The notes below the pieces were generated by a model. That model did no database searches, was not told the DNA's origin, and worked only from the letters and a program-made list of their open reading frames with translations. 64,000 nt of DNA from a virus (Duplodnaviria; Caudoviricetes). Every line of letters starts with the position of its first letter. Within the stretch, counting starts at the first letter, position 1. The translations under genes and the position numbers were made by a program. The DNA is taken from positions 128,001-192,000 of IMG/VR virus record IMGVR_UViG_3300024255_001563. One strand, 5' to 3'. This document shows, one piece after another, positions 50,065-58,307 of the stretch.

Positions 50065-50662
50065 TTACTTCGGACTTCGTTTTAGCTTTCTTTTTAGTCG
50101 GAACAAGTTCCTCAGCTTGCTTACGGAGCGATTGTGCTTCTTTAAACAATGCATCTGCTTGCGAACGATATTGTGCCGCTAATGATTCGTCAGTTAACAC
50201 ATCGTCAGTTGCAGGCTCTATATATGCATCAGCAGGGTTTTGTGTTGTCTGAGTCTCAGGCGTCTGTCTGCCGCCTTCAGGCTGAAGAGCTAAATCTTCT
50301 ACTGTAACTCCCTTTTGTTGTGCAATAATTTTATTAAGTTCCGCAAGATTAATAGTTGTCTTATTATCAGGTTGCATTTCAACTTCACTAGATGCAACTT
50401 TTAATAGCTTTCCTGTGGTATGAAATCCTGCAAGCATATTACGACCGTCTGGTAGTTGTGTTCTAGACATTGCTTCTGCTAATTCATAAGCACTTTGTCC
50501 AGCATCGGACTCGACTAATTTAATTAAAGAATCGTGTTCGTCTGCCATTAAGTTTTCTGTTGTTACTATTAGTGCATTATCTGCTTCTCCAGGAACTACT
50601 CTATATGCAACAATTACTTTTCGTTGATTTCTTACTAATCGACCTACATGTTTAATAGCCAT
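50057..50662 (-). CDS. Hypothetical protein (201 aa)
   Basis: Intact ORF with RBS GGAG. Confidence 0.7.
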   Translation of the reverse strand: MAIKHVGRLVRNQRKVIVAYRVVPGEADNALIVTTENLMADEHDSLIKLVESDAGQSAYELAEAMSRTQLPDGRNMLAGFHTTGKLLKVASSEVEMQPDNKTTINLAELNKIIAQQKGVTVEDLALQPEGGRQTPETQTTQNPADAYIEPATDDVLTDESLAAQYRSQADALFKEAQSLRKQAEELVPTKKKAKTKSEVSG

Positions 50663-50663
50663 A

Positions 50664-50891
50664 TTATGCTCCTTGCTCTGCCTCAGCAGACTGCTGAACT
50701 GCGGTTAAAAACGCTTCTAATTTTGAATACGTTTGTCCAACAGTTACCATTTCGTTTGGTTTAAATGCTCCGCGTTGGCTAGCAACGTCGATAATTTGTT
50801 TAAGTGCTGATAAGTCTTGAACAGTTAAATCGACTGGGTTTGCTTGGGCTTCTGCAGGCTGCTCAGTTGGTTGAGTATTTTCTTCGCTCAT
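50664..50891 (-). CDS. Hypothetical protein (75 aa)
   Basis: RBS AGGAG; late-type motif GTAAATA (50927-50933) upstream. Confidence 0.7.
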   Translation of the reverse strand: MSEENTQPTEQPAEAQANPVDLTVQDLSALKQIIDVASQRGAFKPNEMVTVGQTYSKLEAFLTAVQQSAEAEQGA

Positions 50892-50928
50892 TTTAATCTC
50901 CTGTTATGAATGTGCATTGTTAATGTAT

Positions 50929-51210
50929 TTACGTATATTTTAAATACGGGCATGCCAAAGTGAAATAAGAACTTTCCTTTGGATCTTCAAAACCTACTAG
51001 TACATATGGTGCAAGTAAGTTTGAAGAATCTGTTTTGATAGATTTGCCTAAGTAAAATCTACCTTTAAGATTAGTTTCAATCCATTTAACTATGGAATCT
51101 TCGATATTATATCGTAAAGGAACATCAACATATTCGAAATGTTTTGGAGGGAACTCAATACGTCTAATATTAAAAAAGTTTAATGGATTAGGATGTTTAT
51201 TTTTTATCAT
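50929..51210 (-). CDS. Hypothetical protein (93 aa)
   Basis: ATGA overlap with the VWA gene. Confidence 0.65.
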   Translation of the reverse strand: MIKNKHPNPLNFFNIRRIEFPPKHFEYVDVPLRYNIEDSIVKWIETNLKGRFYLGKSIKTDSSNLLAPYVLVGFEDPKESSYFTLACPYLKYT

Positions 51211-52553
51211 TTGAACTCGTAATGTGCTGTCTGTCCAAACGGTGCTTGTACATTCTTATCGTGGTGGCTGTGAATAACAAATACTGTGTCACAGTAGTCT
51301 TCTTCGCCCCAGCTATCCCAAGCATAGCCGTCTGTAAACATAATAAACTTCTTAGGAACATATCCGGTCTCTTTCATATATGTCCAGTTAACCATAAAGT
51401 CAGTGCCGCCACCGCCCATAATTTCATAGTCTAGCAAGTCATCACCGCCGTCTGAACTATAGTCTTGTTCGTTATAAACCTTAGTATCAAAGCACCACAA
51501 CTTAATGTTATAATCTTGATATTCGTCCATAATGCCTTTAATTTCGCTAAGAAAGTCACGAGCTTGTTCATTGCCAATTGAGCCGCTCATATCAAGAGCT
51601 ACTGCAATATCAATAGTATCTTGGTAATTCATTCCTGGCAAAATAGCACCGCTCATTTGTCCTTTGCGTGATGGACGACTAAATGTATAATCGCTTTTAA
51701 TAGTACTTTGGATTTGTTGCCGAAGAAGTTCACGCCAGTTCATCTTAGGTTCAGTAAGCTCTTTAATCATACGCTGTACTGCCGCAGGAGTATTACCAGC
51801 ACCCGCAGCTTGTGCGGCATTAATCATTGACTCTTTGACTTCGTCTTTGATCTGCTTCATTTCCTCTTTAGAGTACTTTGCAGGCTTTTTACTTATACTG
51901 TTGCCTTTTCCGTCTTTGCCTTCTTCGCCCGCTTCACCATCTTCACCATCTTCACCTTCGTTGTCAAGGTGCTCGTCTAGCATTTCGCCAAGTTGCTGTA
52001 ATGCTTCTTCGCCGTTCTTTTTAGCTTGTTCGAACAAGTCGTCATAAACTTCTTCTGACATCCATCCTTCGTATTTAAAGTCTTGAAAGCAGTTTACAAT
52101 ACTAGGAGATGTTCCAATACGATCACGCACAAGAATGTTGTTTACAATATAATCGGCAGCAATATTGTATAGCATAGGATTACGTTCTTCACGCCGTCCT
52201 AAGTGATCAAATACCATGTGCAGAATTTCGTGTGCAACAACAAACTCAATTTCTTTATTGTTCATTGCGTTAAAGAATTGCGTGTTAAAATACAAGTTGC
52301 GCCCGTCTACAGCCGCAGTAGGCAACCAGTCATCTGCTGCCAAAATGCGCAGGCGTGTAGCCATGTTACCAAAGAAAGGGTGACGCAGTAGCAATCCTAC
52401 CCGTGCAACAATAATGCGATCGAGTACTTCTACACGCATTTCTTCTAGTTGCTCGGGTGTAATATTAGGGTCAGGTTGCCAGTTTTTTAGTTTGCTTGCT
52501 GTCTTTTCTGTAGACATTTGCATTGCTACATGCTGTGGTAAAAAATCTAACAT
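51207..52553 (-). CDS. VWA-like protein with N-terminal HExxH metallopeptidase-like domain (DUF2201 type)
   Basis: 'VVAHEILH'; 'VALDMSGSI' MIDAS; 'GGGGTDF'; 'FIMFTDGY'. Confidence 0.85.
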   Translation of the reverse strand: MLDFLPQHVAMQMSTEKTASKLKNWQPDPNITPEQLEEMRVEVLDRIIVARVGLLLRHPFFGNMATRLRILAADDWLPTAAVDGRNLYFNTQFFNAMNNKEIEFVVAHEILHMVFDHLGRREERNPMLYNIAADYIVNNILVRDRIGTSPSIVNCFQDFKYEGWMSEEVYDDLFEQAKKNGEEALQQLGEMLDEHLDNEGEDGEDGEAGEEGKDGKGNSISKKPAKYSKEEMKQIKDEVKESMINAAQAAGAGNTPAAVQRMIKELTEPKMNWRELLRQQIQSTIKSDYTFSRPSRKGQMSGAILPGMNYQDTIDIAVALDMSGSIGNEQARDFLSEIKGIMDEYQDYNIKLWCFDTKVYNEQDYSSDGGDDLLDYEIMGGGGTDFMVNWTYMKETGYVPKKFIMFTDGYAWDSWGEEDYCDTVFVIHSHHDKNVQAPFGQTAHYEFK

Positions 52554-52586
52554 ATCGCGCCTCTCATTGTTTTAACTTATGTATAT

Positions 52587-52614
52587 ATTATAACACATTT
52601 ACACTAGGTGTCAA
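52587..52614 (-). promoter_or_regulatory. Sigma70-type promoter for the VWA gene
   Basis: TTGACA, 16 nt, TATAAT with extended -10 TG. Confidence 0.7.
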
Positions 52615-52617
52615 GAG

Positions 52618-52645
52618 AAAAGTGAGCTCTTTGGAGCTCACTTTT
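52618..52645 (-). terminator. Rho-independent (probably bidirectional) terminator
   Basis: AAAAGTGAGCTC-CAAA-GAGCTCACTTTT, a perfect 12-bp inverted repeat 6 nt after the MoxR stop. Confidence 0.85.
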
Positions 52646-52651
52646 GGATCA

Positions 52652-53737
52652 TTATGCAGACTGTGCAGCCTTAATATACTTACCATAACGCTCATGGAAT
52701 TCATCAAAGCATGCTACTTCGTCCGGATCAATTGGCAATGAATACTGTGTTAGTGCAAGCTTAATGCCCATAACAACTAGTTCGGTATCAAAGTTATCCA
52801 TTGAAAAGCGTAGGAAGTTATTAACTTTGTCATCAAACTTCTTGTCGCCTGCGTCACTTGCTTCTTTAAGTTCGTAGCACAAAGACACAGTTAAAGAGTA
52901 CATTGCACTAATTTCTTTAGTCTTCATCTCTTTTACTTTGCCTGCTAGAATATCAGTTGGGTTAGGCATGCTAGCCGCAACTTTACGGTGTGCCATAAAC
53001 TTAACAGCCAAGCCTTCACCTACTGCACCACTAACTAAGTCAGTAGTAGTGTTTTCATCTAATTCATCTTCTATCAATTCTGAAACAAACGACCATGAAC
53101 GAGGTGTTGCGAACGAACGACTCGGTGATTTAGGATCAAAGTCATACAAGTCTTTCTTGCTGAAAGTAAGATAACCAACAACATCGTTATGTACTTTATT
53201 GTCAACTGCCCATTGGAACCAGTCATCAAAGTTAACAGCAAGTTCTAAGTGGATAAAGCGGTTAGCTAACGGAGCAGGCATACGATACGTAACACCTTTG
53301 TCAGCTTCACGGTTACCAGCCGCAACAATCATAACATTGTCTGGCAACTTGTAAGTACCTACTTTGCGGTTAAGAATCAATTGGTATGCTGCCGCTTGTA
53401 CACTAGGCGCTGCCGAGTTCATCTCGTCTAAGAACAATACAATGTTGTCATACTGTGCCGCAAATTCTTCGCTTGGAAGTTCGCTAGGCGCACCCCACAC
53501 CATAGTACCTGAGTTGCTATCGAAGTAAGGAATACCTTTAATATCTGTAGGCTCCCAAAGCGACAAGCGAATGTCAATTAGATGTGAGTTTGTAAATCCA
53601 TCTGTAATTTGTTTAACAATATCAGACTTACCAATGCCTGGAGGTCCCCAAAGAAAGATAGGACGTTTTTTTGTAAGTGCATGCTTGATGCTTGCTTTTG
53701 CGCCATTTGGGCTAACTGTACGTGTTGCTGTATCCAT
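52652..53737 (-). CDS. MoxR-family AAA+ ATPase (361 aa)
   Basis: Walker A 'GPPGIGKS', Walker B 'LFLDE', 'AAGN', 'LANRF'; adjacent to the VWA protein. Confidence 0.88.
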   Translation of the reverse strand: MDTATRTVSPNGAKASIKHALTKKRPIFLWGPPGIGKSDIVKQITDGFTNSHLIDIRLSLWEPTDIKGIPYFDSNSGTMVWGAPSELPSEEFAAQYDNIVLFLDEMNSAAPSVQAAAYQLILNRKVGTYKLPDNVMIVAAGNREADKGVTYRMPAPLANRFIHLELAVNFDDWFQWAVDNKVHNDVVGYLTFSKKDLYDFDPKSPSRSFATPRSWSFVSELIEDELDENTTTDLVSGAVGEGLAVKFMAHRKVAASMPNPTDILAGKVKEMKTKEISAMYSLTVSLCYELKEASDAGDKKFDDKVNNFLRFSMDNFDTELVVMGIKLALTQYSLPIDPDEVACFDEFHERYGKYIKAAQSA

Positions 53738-53776
53738 TGTGTAGTACCCTCTGTGTTTTATTTAAACTATACATAT

Positions 53777-53804
53777 ATAATAACATCATTGTACGATATG
53801 TCAA
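53777..53804 (-). promoter_or_regulatory. Sigma70-type promoter for the MoxR gene
   Basis: TTGACA, 16 nt, TATTAT with TG extension and an upstream A-tract; RBS GAGGG. Confidence 0.6.
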
Positions 53805-54031
53805 GTCTTTTTTTTCAACTTTATACTAAAACTTCCAGGATTATGTTTGGTTTGAACACATTCTCTAATGCGTGGATGATTGCTTGCCCACGTATATATT
53901 TCACGCATCATAGCACCTTGGCCGGTAACTACATGACATTTTTTGTATCCGCTAAGATATGCTTCTTCTATTTGTTGATTAAAGTGCCGCCAGCCGTTGT
54001 GTATATGCAAGCCGTGTAGATCAATTCTCAT
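53801..54031 (-). CDS. Stand-alone Smr-domain protein (76 aa)
   Basis: 'IDLHGL...HVVTGQG...NPGSFSI' Smr signature. Confidence 0.8.
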   Translation of the reverse strand: MRIDLHGLHIHNGWRHFNQQIEEAYLSGYKKCHVVTGQGAMMREIYTWASNHPRIRECVQTKHNPGSFSIKLKKKT

Positions 54032-54407
54032 GTTTACTTCTGTTCATGGCCTTTGTTAGGCCATATTTTCGTACATCACCACTAAAAAGGGTAAGTTCGA
54101 CAGCTTTCTTTTGATCTGTAACAATAATACTACGATTTGTAAGATAATAAGGACAAGATATAAATTGATCTAAGAATATAATTACTTGCGTAGTTAGTGG
54201 CATATCGCGAGGATACGGAATATCGTATATTTCAACATCGATTTGATTTAGTATTTCAAAGCCTGCATCTGTTAATCTAAGGCCGCCTACTAATTTATTT
54301 CTAGTATTTTTCCACCACAATGGCATGTATTGCTTAACTGTAGTACTATCTGTACTTTTGTTAAGTTGTTTTAAAAACACCTTTGTGTATGTATCTTTCC
54401 AGTTCAT
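54021..54407 (-). CDS. Hypothetical protein (128 aa)
   Basis: Intact, coupled ORF. Confidence 0.7.
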   Translation of the reverse strand: MNWKDTYTKVFLKQLNKSTDSTTVKQYMPLWWKNTRNKLVGGLRLTDAGFEILNQIDVEIYDIPYPRDMPLTTQVIIFLDQFISCPYYLTNRSIIVTDQKKAVELTLFSGDVRKYGLTKAMNRSKHEN

Positions 54408-54694
54408 TCTTCTTCGACAATTTCGCCTGTAGTCATTCTTACTACTACAAACTCGTCACTACTAAACATTTCGTTTAATTTTTTAGCAAGATTGTGTGCA
54501 TGTCCAGGATTGGAGAAGCTAGTTTTTTTATATTTTGGTCCAGGATAATTTGTTAGTACATTAAAACTTTTCAAATTAAAAGGCTCGTTTTGATAAAAAA
54601 CTGCCCAAATTGCGTCGGCTTTTAAGACTTGCTCACTTTTGTAAGTTTTTTTATCTATGCTTTCGAGAATAATTGTTGGTTTTGGTCTGCTCAT
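54404..54694 (-). CDS. Hypothetical protein (96 aa)
   Basis: RBS AAGGA; late motif GATAAATA (54724-54731, -) upstream. Confidence 0.7.
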   Translation of the reverse strand: MSRPKPTIILESIDKKTYKSEQVLKADAIWAVFYQNEPFNLKSFNVLTNYPGPKYKKTSFSNPGHAHNLAKKLNEMFSSDEFVVVRMTTGEIVEEE

Positions 54695-54744
54695 ACACGC
54701 ATTTCCTTAGTTATATACGCATATATTTATCTTTTTTAATAGGT

Positions 54745-54896
54745 TATCTACGCAGTTTATAGCGCCAGACGTAGTATACTAACACATAGACGGGATATGG
54801 CACGGGGATGCTGTGACAGCGAATTCCGCGCACTACTAAGATGTACCATATCCAAGATTTTCCTATATGTGTAAAGCCAACAATTGCCACATATAC
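54745..54896 (-). ncRNA. Candidate structured non-coding RNA/DNA element
   Basis: The largest intergenic gap, GC-richer than its flanks, holds three stems: TATATGTG/CACATATA (54864-54895), GGATATGGTAC/GTGCCATATCC (54793-54853; 11 bp with one G-U on the - strand) and CTACG/CGTAG (54748-54774). No family recognised. Confidence 0.4.
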
Positions 54897-55142
54897 CTAC
54901 TTCCAGTTTGCATCGGAACTTCCGAGTTGCACTACAATATTTTCTTTGGCAGTTGAAGATGCAGATAAGATTTTTTCTAGATCGCCTTCTAATCGAGACA
55001 TTACTTCTCCTAATGTAAAAGCAAGACGCTTTGCAGTATTAATATCTAATTTTACTTCTCTTGCTTTACTAGAATCTGCTGATTTTACTGTAGATATAAA
55101 TTGTTGTATTGGTAACGTGTTTAATGGTTCGTTAATTGGCAC
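54897..55142 (-). CDS. Hypothetical protein (81 aa)
   Basis: Intact, coupled ORF. Confidence 0.65.
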   Translation of the reverse strand: MPINEPLNTLPIQQFISTVKSADSSKAREVKLDINTAKRLAFTLGEVMSRLEGDLEKILSASSTAKENIVVQLGSSDANWK

Positions 55143-55602
55143 GACTAAGTTCCTGTTTCATTTCAAATTCTGTTTTATATGGGCCTTTAGTTTTGTAACG
55201 TTCTACTGTAATTAACTTTGGACAAAAACTTTTAACCCAGCCTTTGTCAAACTTAATAATAAAATATCCTGCACAATACAAACTTTTACTTTTGACACTT
55301 TTTGTAAATAAGGGCAGTTTCTTTTTTACATCATACATGGGATTATAAGGTGCGCAACTAGTTGGATAGTTGTGTACTTCTTTATCTAATGTTTTAATAT
55401 TAGATTCTGTCGAAGTCCACGATATTTCAGTACCTAATTTATTTTTAAGTTGCTTAATATTTTTAAAGAATTTAGTACCATCATCGTTAGTATACATATA
55501 TTGATGTTCCTCACCAACACTCAAGGTACCGACACGATCTCCTTGTTCGGACTCTACAATCCAAAACTTGTTTTTTAATATTTCTTTTGCTTTAAATGCC
55601 AT
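55132..55602 (-). CDS. Hypothetical protein (~156 aa)
   Basis: ATG 55602 (MAFKAKEIL) with RBS GAGG. Confidence 0.7.
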   Translation of the reverse strand: MAFKAKEILKNKFWIVESEQGDRVGTLSVGEEHQYMYTNDDGTKFFKNIKQLKNKLGTEISWTSTESNIKTLDKEVHNYPTSCAPYNPMYDVKKKLPLFTKSVKSKSLYCAGYFIIKFDKGWVKSFCPKLITVERYKTKGPYKTEFEMKQELSRAN

Positions 55603-56584
55603 TATCATACCTCGCTTGTAATGGTGGTGCATAATATTGCGCCTGGTCAGCAACACGTTGCATATCCCACTTAGCACAAAACTTCATAAGACGCATACCT
55701 ACTTGTGTAATGTCTTTAGGTTCTACGTTTGCAATAGTTGTATCAATAATCTCTCTAATGTCTGCAGGTTGTGCAGTCAAGTCACACAATACAACATTGC
55801 GATTGTAATCATCTAGTACACGATGTTCTACACCTTCATGATCAGTCCAGCGTTGTAGCATCATGTTATTCCAGTTGTAGCCTTTTGTACTCTTGTCTTC
55901 GTATGCTTCAATAAGACCTACTTTGTTCTTAGTGCCTTTCTTACGTACACCAGGGTAAGCACTAAACACGTTGTCACTTGTGTCGCCACGCATACACTTC
56001 TCAAACAACATAAAGTCAGGCTGCGGTGCAGGCTTTGCTTCTTTAGTCTTCTTGTCAATAACAGGCTCTAACTTCTTGTCGTCAAAGTAACCTTCATGTG
56101 TAATAATAGTATTACTTACACCATTGTATTGCTTTACATTAGGTGCAATAAGTTGTGCAAAGTCACCGTCAGTACTAATAATAACATGCTCGTCATTAGG
56201 GTGTGCTTGCACCCAGCCAGCAATAAGATCATCTGCTTCTAGTTGCTTGTGTTGAATAACAGTGCAGTTAGTCTTGTCTGTCATAAAGTTCTTAAACTCA
56301 TCAAAGATTTCCCAAAACGCTGTATCTTCTTCACTCTCAGTTACAGTCATTTTATCACGAGCAACTTTTCTATTACGCTTGTAAGGTTCGTAATAGTCCT
56401 TGCGCCAGCTACGACCTTCTAAGCAGATCACAACATGCGAACCGTCAAAGTCTTGCCAAGCCTTCTTAATGCTGTTAAGAGTAATGTGTAGTGCCATACC
56501 TACTTTAGTGTCAATGTCGCCACGTACAACGTGCCGAGCTCTAAAGAAAGTGTTTGCTGTGTCTACAAGAATGTAAGTAGCCAT
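55592..56584 (-). CDS. rnh: T4 RNase H-like 5'-3' exonuclease/flap endonuclease
   Basis: 'YILVDTAN', 'LEADDLI', 'ISTDGDFAQL', 'GDTSDNV' FEN-fold acidic motifs; start at 56584. Confidence 0.85.
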   Translation of the reverse strand: MATYILVDTANTFFRARHVVRGDIDTKVGMALHITLNSIKKAWQDFDGSHVVICLEGRSWRKDYYEPYKRNRKVARDKMTVTESEEDTAFWEIFDEFKNFMTDKTNCTVIQHKQLEADDLIAGWVQAHPNDEHVIISTDGDFAQLIAPNVKQYNGVSNTIITHEGYFDDKKLEPVIDKKTKEAKPAPQPDFMLFEKCMRGDTSDNVFSAYPGVRKKGTKNKVGLIEAYEDKSTKGYNWNNMMLQRWTDHEGVEHRVLDDYNRNVVLCDLTAQPADIREIIDTTIANVEPKDITQVGMRLMKFCAKWDMQRVADQAQYYAPPLQARYDNGI

Positions 56585-56585
56585 A

Positions 56586-56672
56586 TTATGAACACCCTGA
56601 TACACATAATGAGAAGATGTCGCCATTCTGTACGAATGCAACAAGTATTGTAATGCCTAAAATTTCTAACAT
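56586..56672 (-). CDS. Unlisted small hydrophobic peptide (28 aa, MLEILGITILVAFVQNGDIFSLCVSGCS)
   Basis: First ORF after a sigma70 promoter, with RBS AAGG; stops 1 nt before the rnh ATG. Confidence 0.55.
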   Translation of the reverse strand: MLEILGITILVAFVQNGDIFSLCVSGCS

Positions 56673-56701
56673 AGTTCTGCCTTTATATAATTTATAGTAC
56701 T

Positions 56702-56730
56702 ATTGTAACACCAGATCTGGCTGTTGTCAA
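56702..56730 (-). promoter_or_regulatory. Sigma70-type promoter
   Basis: TTGACA, 17 nt, TACAAT. Confidence 0.75.
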
Positions 56731-57126
56731 TCATCCTATTGAACTTTTTCCTTTGTCGATTGGTACTACATTGACATAGCCCATTTCTCTATCAGTCGAT
56801 TGTCCTTCTTCATCTAACATCTGCATTACAATAGTTCTAAACCATGCATCAACAATTTGTTCATTAGACTCACCTTTGTACCCAACATCAAGTAATTGTT
56901 CGATAAATTCGTTGTTCCAATCGAGCTCAAAGAATCCGTTACGAATGTTTTCAGGATTAATTTGTGTGTCGAGTACAGCAACCCACGGTTCGCCTGCTTT
57001 AGTAGCAGCTTGTTTTTCTGCTTCTAACGCTTCTCGACGTAAGTCTTCTGAAGTTTTTTCAACTTCAGACTCTTCAATTTTCTTTTTATCACCTGCGTCT
57101 CTTGCCAGTTTATTCCACCAACCCAT
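56731..57126 (-). CDS. Hypothetical protein (131 aa)
   Basis: Intact ORF; TAATG coupling upstream. Confidence 0.7.
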   Translation of the reverse strand: MGWWNKLARDAGDKKKIEESEVEKTSEDLRREALEAEKQAATKAGEPWVAVLDTQINPENIRNGFFELDWNNEFIEQLLDVGYKGESNEQIVDAWFRTIVMQMLDEEGQSTDREMGYVNVVPIDKGKSSIG

Positions 57127-57233
57127 TATATTAATCCTTTTTCTCTAAGTTCTGCATCTAAGTTTTTACGTATTGGAGCCTTCATTGCTTTATCAAGTTT
57201 TTCTTGTTGCACTTGATCAAGTGCCCCATGCAT
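57126..57233 (-). CDS. Possible small ORF (35 aa, MHGALDQ...EKGLI)
   Basis: Fills the gap after the queE stop and ends in TAATG coupling with the 57126 gene. It is the tail of the listed 57126-57635 ORF. Confidence 0.35.
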   Translation of the reverse strand: MHGALDQVQQEKLDKAMKAPIRKNLDAELREKGLI

Positions 57234-58176
57234 TTCCGAATAAGGATATGTGGAGTCTGGGCGTGAATCGCCATCCTTTTTCCATACAGACCTGCGCAAC
57301 CTCTTGAACGTTGAGGACATACTCTTCCGAGCGTCCCCCAAGCGGCATACAATATACTGGACACTCAACGCCGACATCACGATATGCTTGCACAGCTCTG
57401 CCAGCTTCTTCAATATCTGCACGATCAGCAACAACAAATTTAAGATAAACATCACTGCCAGCAACAGTGGAATAATTAAGAGCGACACTAGGACGTATAG
57501 CGTCCTCCCAAGATTCTCCGCTAACGGATAGCTTTGGCGAACACGACCATGTGACTGTAATTCTGTCGCTATCGTTGAGATAGTTGTATAAGTCGTCGTG
57601 TAGAACTTGTGTAGTGTTTGTTTCAAATGTGACATTTTTTAAATCCTTCATGCGGGGATGTTCGAACAGCTCTACGTAAAGACGTTGCCACGCTAACAAC
57701 GGTTCACCACCTGTCATAATAAGATGGATATCTTGACCGTTATCCATTGTCCACTTACCTTCTGGAGTAAGCGATAGCAAATGTTCAACTACTTCGTCAA
57801 CTTCTGCAAGTTTGTTAAAGTCTTTAAACTCGGGATAGATACTTGCATAAGTGTCACACCCTGTATGAATGATAGGCAAGTCTGTAAACTTTTCAGTCTT
57901 TTCAACAATGCCATCATCTAGTAAGTCTTTTACTTCTTGATTGTATCGTTGTCCTGCTTCATGCTTCTCTGCACGACTAGGTTCGTCTTTCCCAAGTCCA
58001 AAGTTCATACAACGAAAGTTACAACCGAATGTGCGTAGGAATACACTAGGTACTCCTACAAACTTACCTTCGCCTTGTACTGAATAAAATGCTTCTGAAT
58101 ATCTAAGTTTCATAGCTGGCTTTCTGTTAACTGCTTCATAAGAGGGATAACCTTTTTCAAATACTGGTGCTATCAT
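57217..58176 (-). CDS. queE: 7-carboxy-7-deazaguanine synthase (radical SAM)
   Basis: 'SEAFYSVQGEGKFVGVPSVFLRTFGCNFRC...GCDT', 'MTGGEPL', 'FETNTT', 'SCSPKL', 'FTPRLHI'; next to folE. Start at 58176 via ATGA overlap (58113 is an alternative). Confidence 0.9.
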   Translation of the reverse strand: MIAPVFEKGYPSYEAVNRKPAMKLRYSEAFYSVQGEGKFVGVPSVFLRTFGCNFRCMNFGLGKDEPSRAEKHEAGQRYNQEVKDLLDDGIVEKTEKFTDLPIIHTGCDTYASIYPEFKDFNKLAEVDEVVEHLLSLTPEGKWTMDNGQDIHLIMTGGEPLLAWQRLYVELFEHPRMKDLKNVTFETNTTQVLHDDLYNYLNDSDRITVTWSCSPKLSVSGESWEDAIRPSVALNYSTVAGSDVYLKFVVADRADIEEAGRAVQAYRDVGVECPVYCMPLGGRSEEYVLNVQEVAQVCMEKGWRFTPRLHISLFGNAWGT

Positions 58177-58307
58177 TTGTTTAGCATCCTTGCACAAGTT
58201 AGGAATGAATTCTCTTCAAGGCAATCAGTCCATATATGATTTAAATAAAATCCTATGCCTACAATAAAAATAACTGCGGCAGCACCGTAAATTAATTTCT
58301 CAATCAT
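58173..58307 (-). CDS. Unlisted small membrane protein (44 aa, MIEKLIYGAAAVIFIVGIGFYLNHIWTDCLEENSFLTCARMLNK)
   Basis: TAATG coupling to the folE stop and ATGA coupling to the queE start; single TM segment. Confidence 0.7.
   Translation of the reverse strand: MIEKLIYGAAAVIFIVGIGFYLNHIWTDCLEENSFLTCARMLNK

Noticed and set aside
54793-54853. tRNA or known ribozyme (hammerhead, HDV-like, twister)
   Set aside because: No 7-bp acceptor/T-loop GTTC pattern, no CUGAUGA/GAAA core, and no GG after P1 or short L3 as HDV requires. Kept only as an unassigned structured element.
54864-54895. Rho-independent terminator
   Set aside because: The 8-bp stem has a 16-nt loop and no U-tract on either strand.
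57126-57635. Listed 169-aa ORF
   Set aside because: Most of it overlaps queE in another frame on the same strand; only the last 35 codons lie in free sequence. No slippery site supporting a programmed frameshift was seen.
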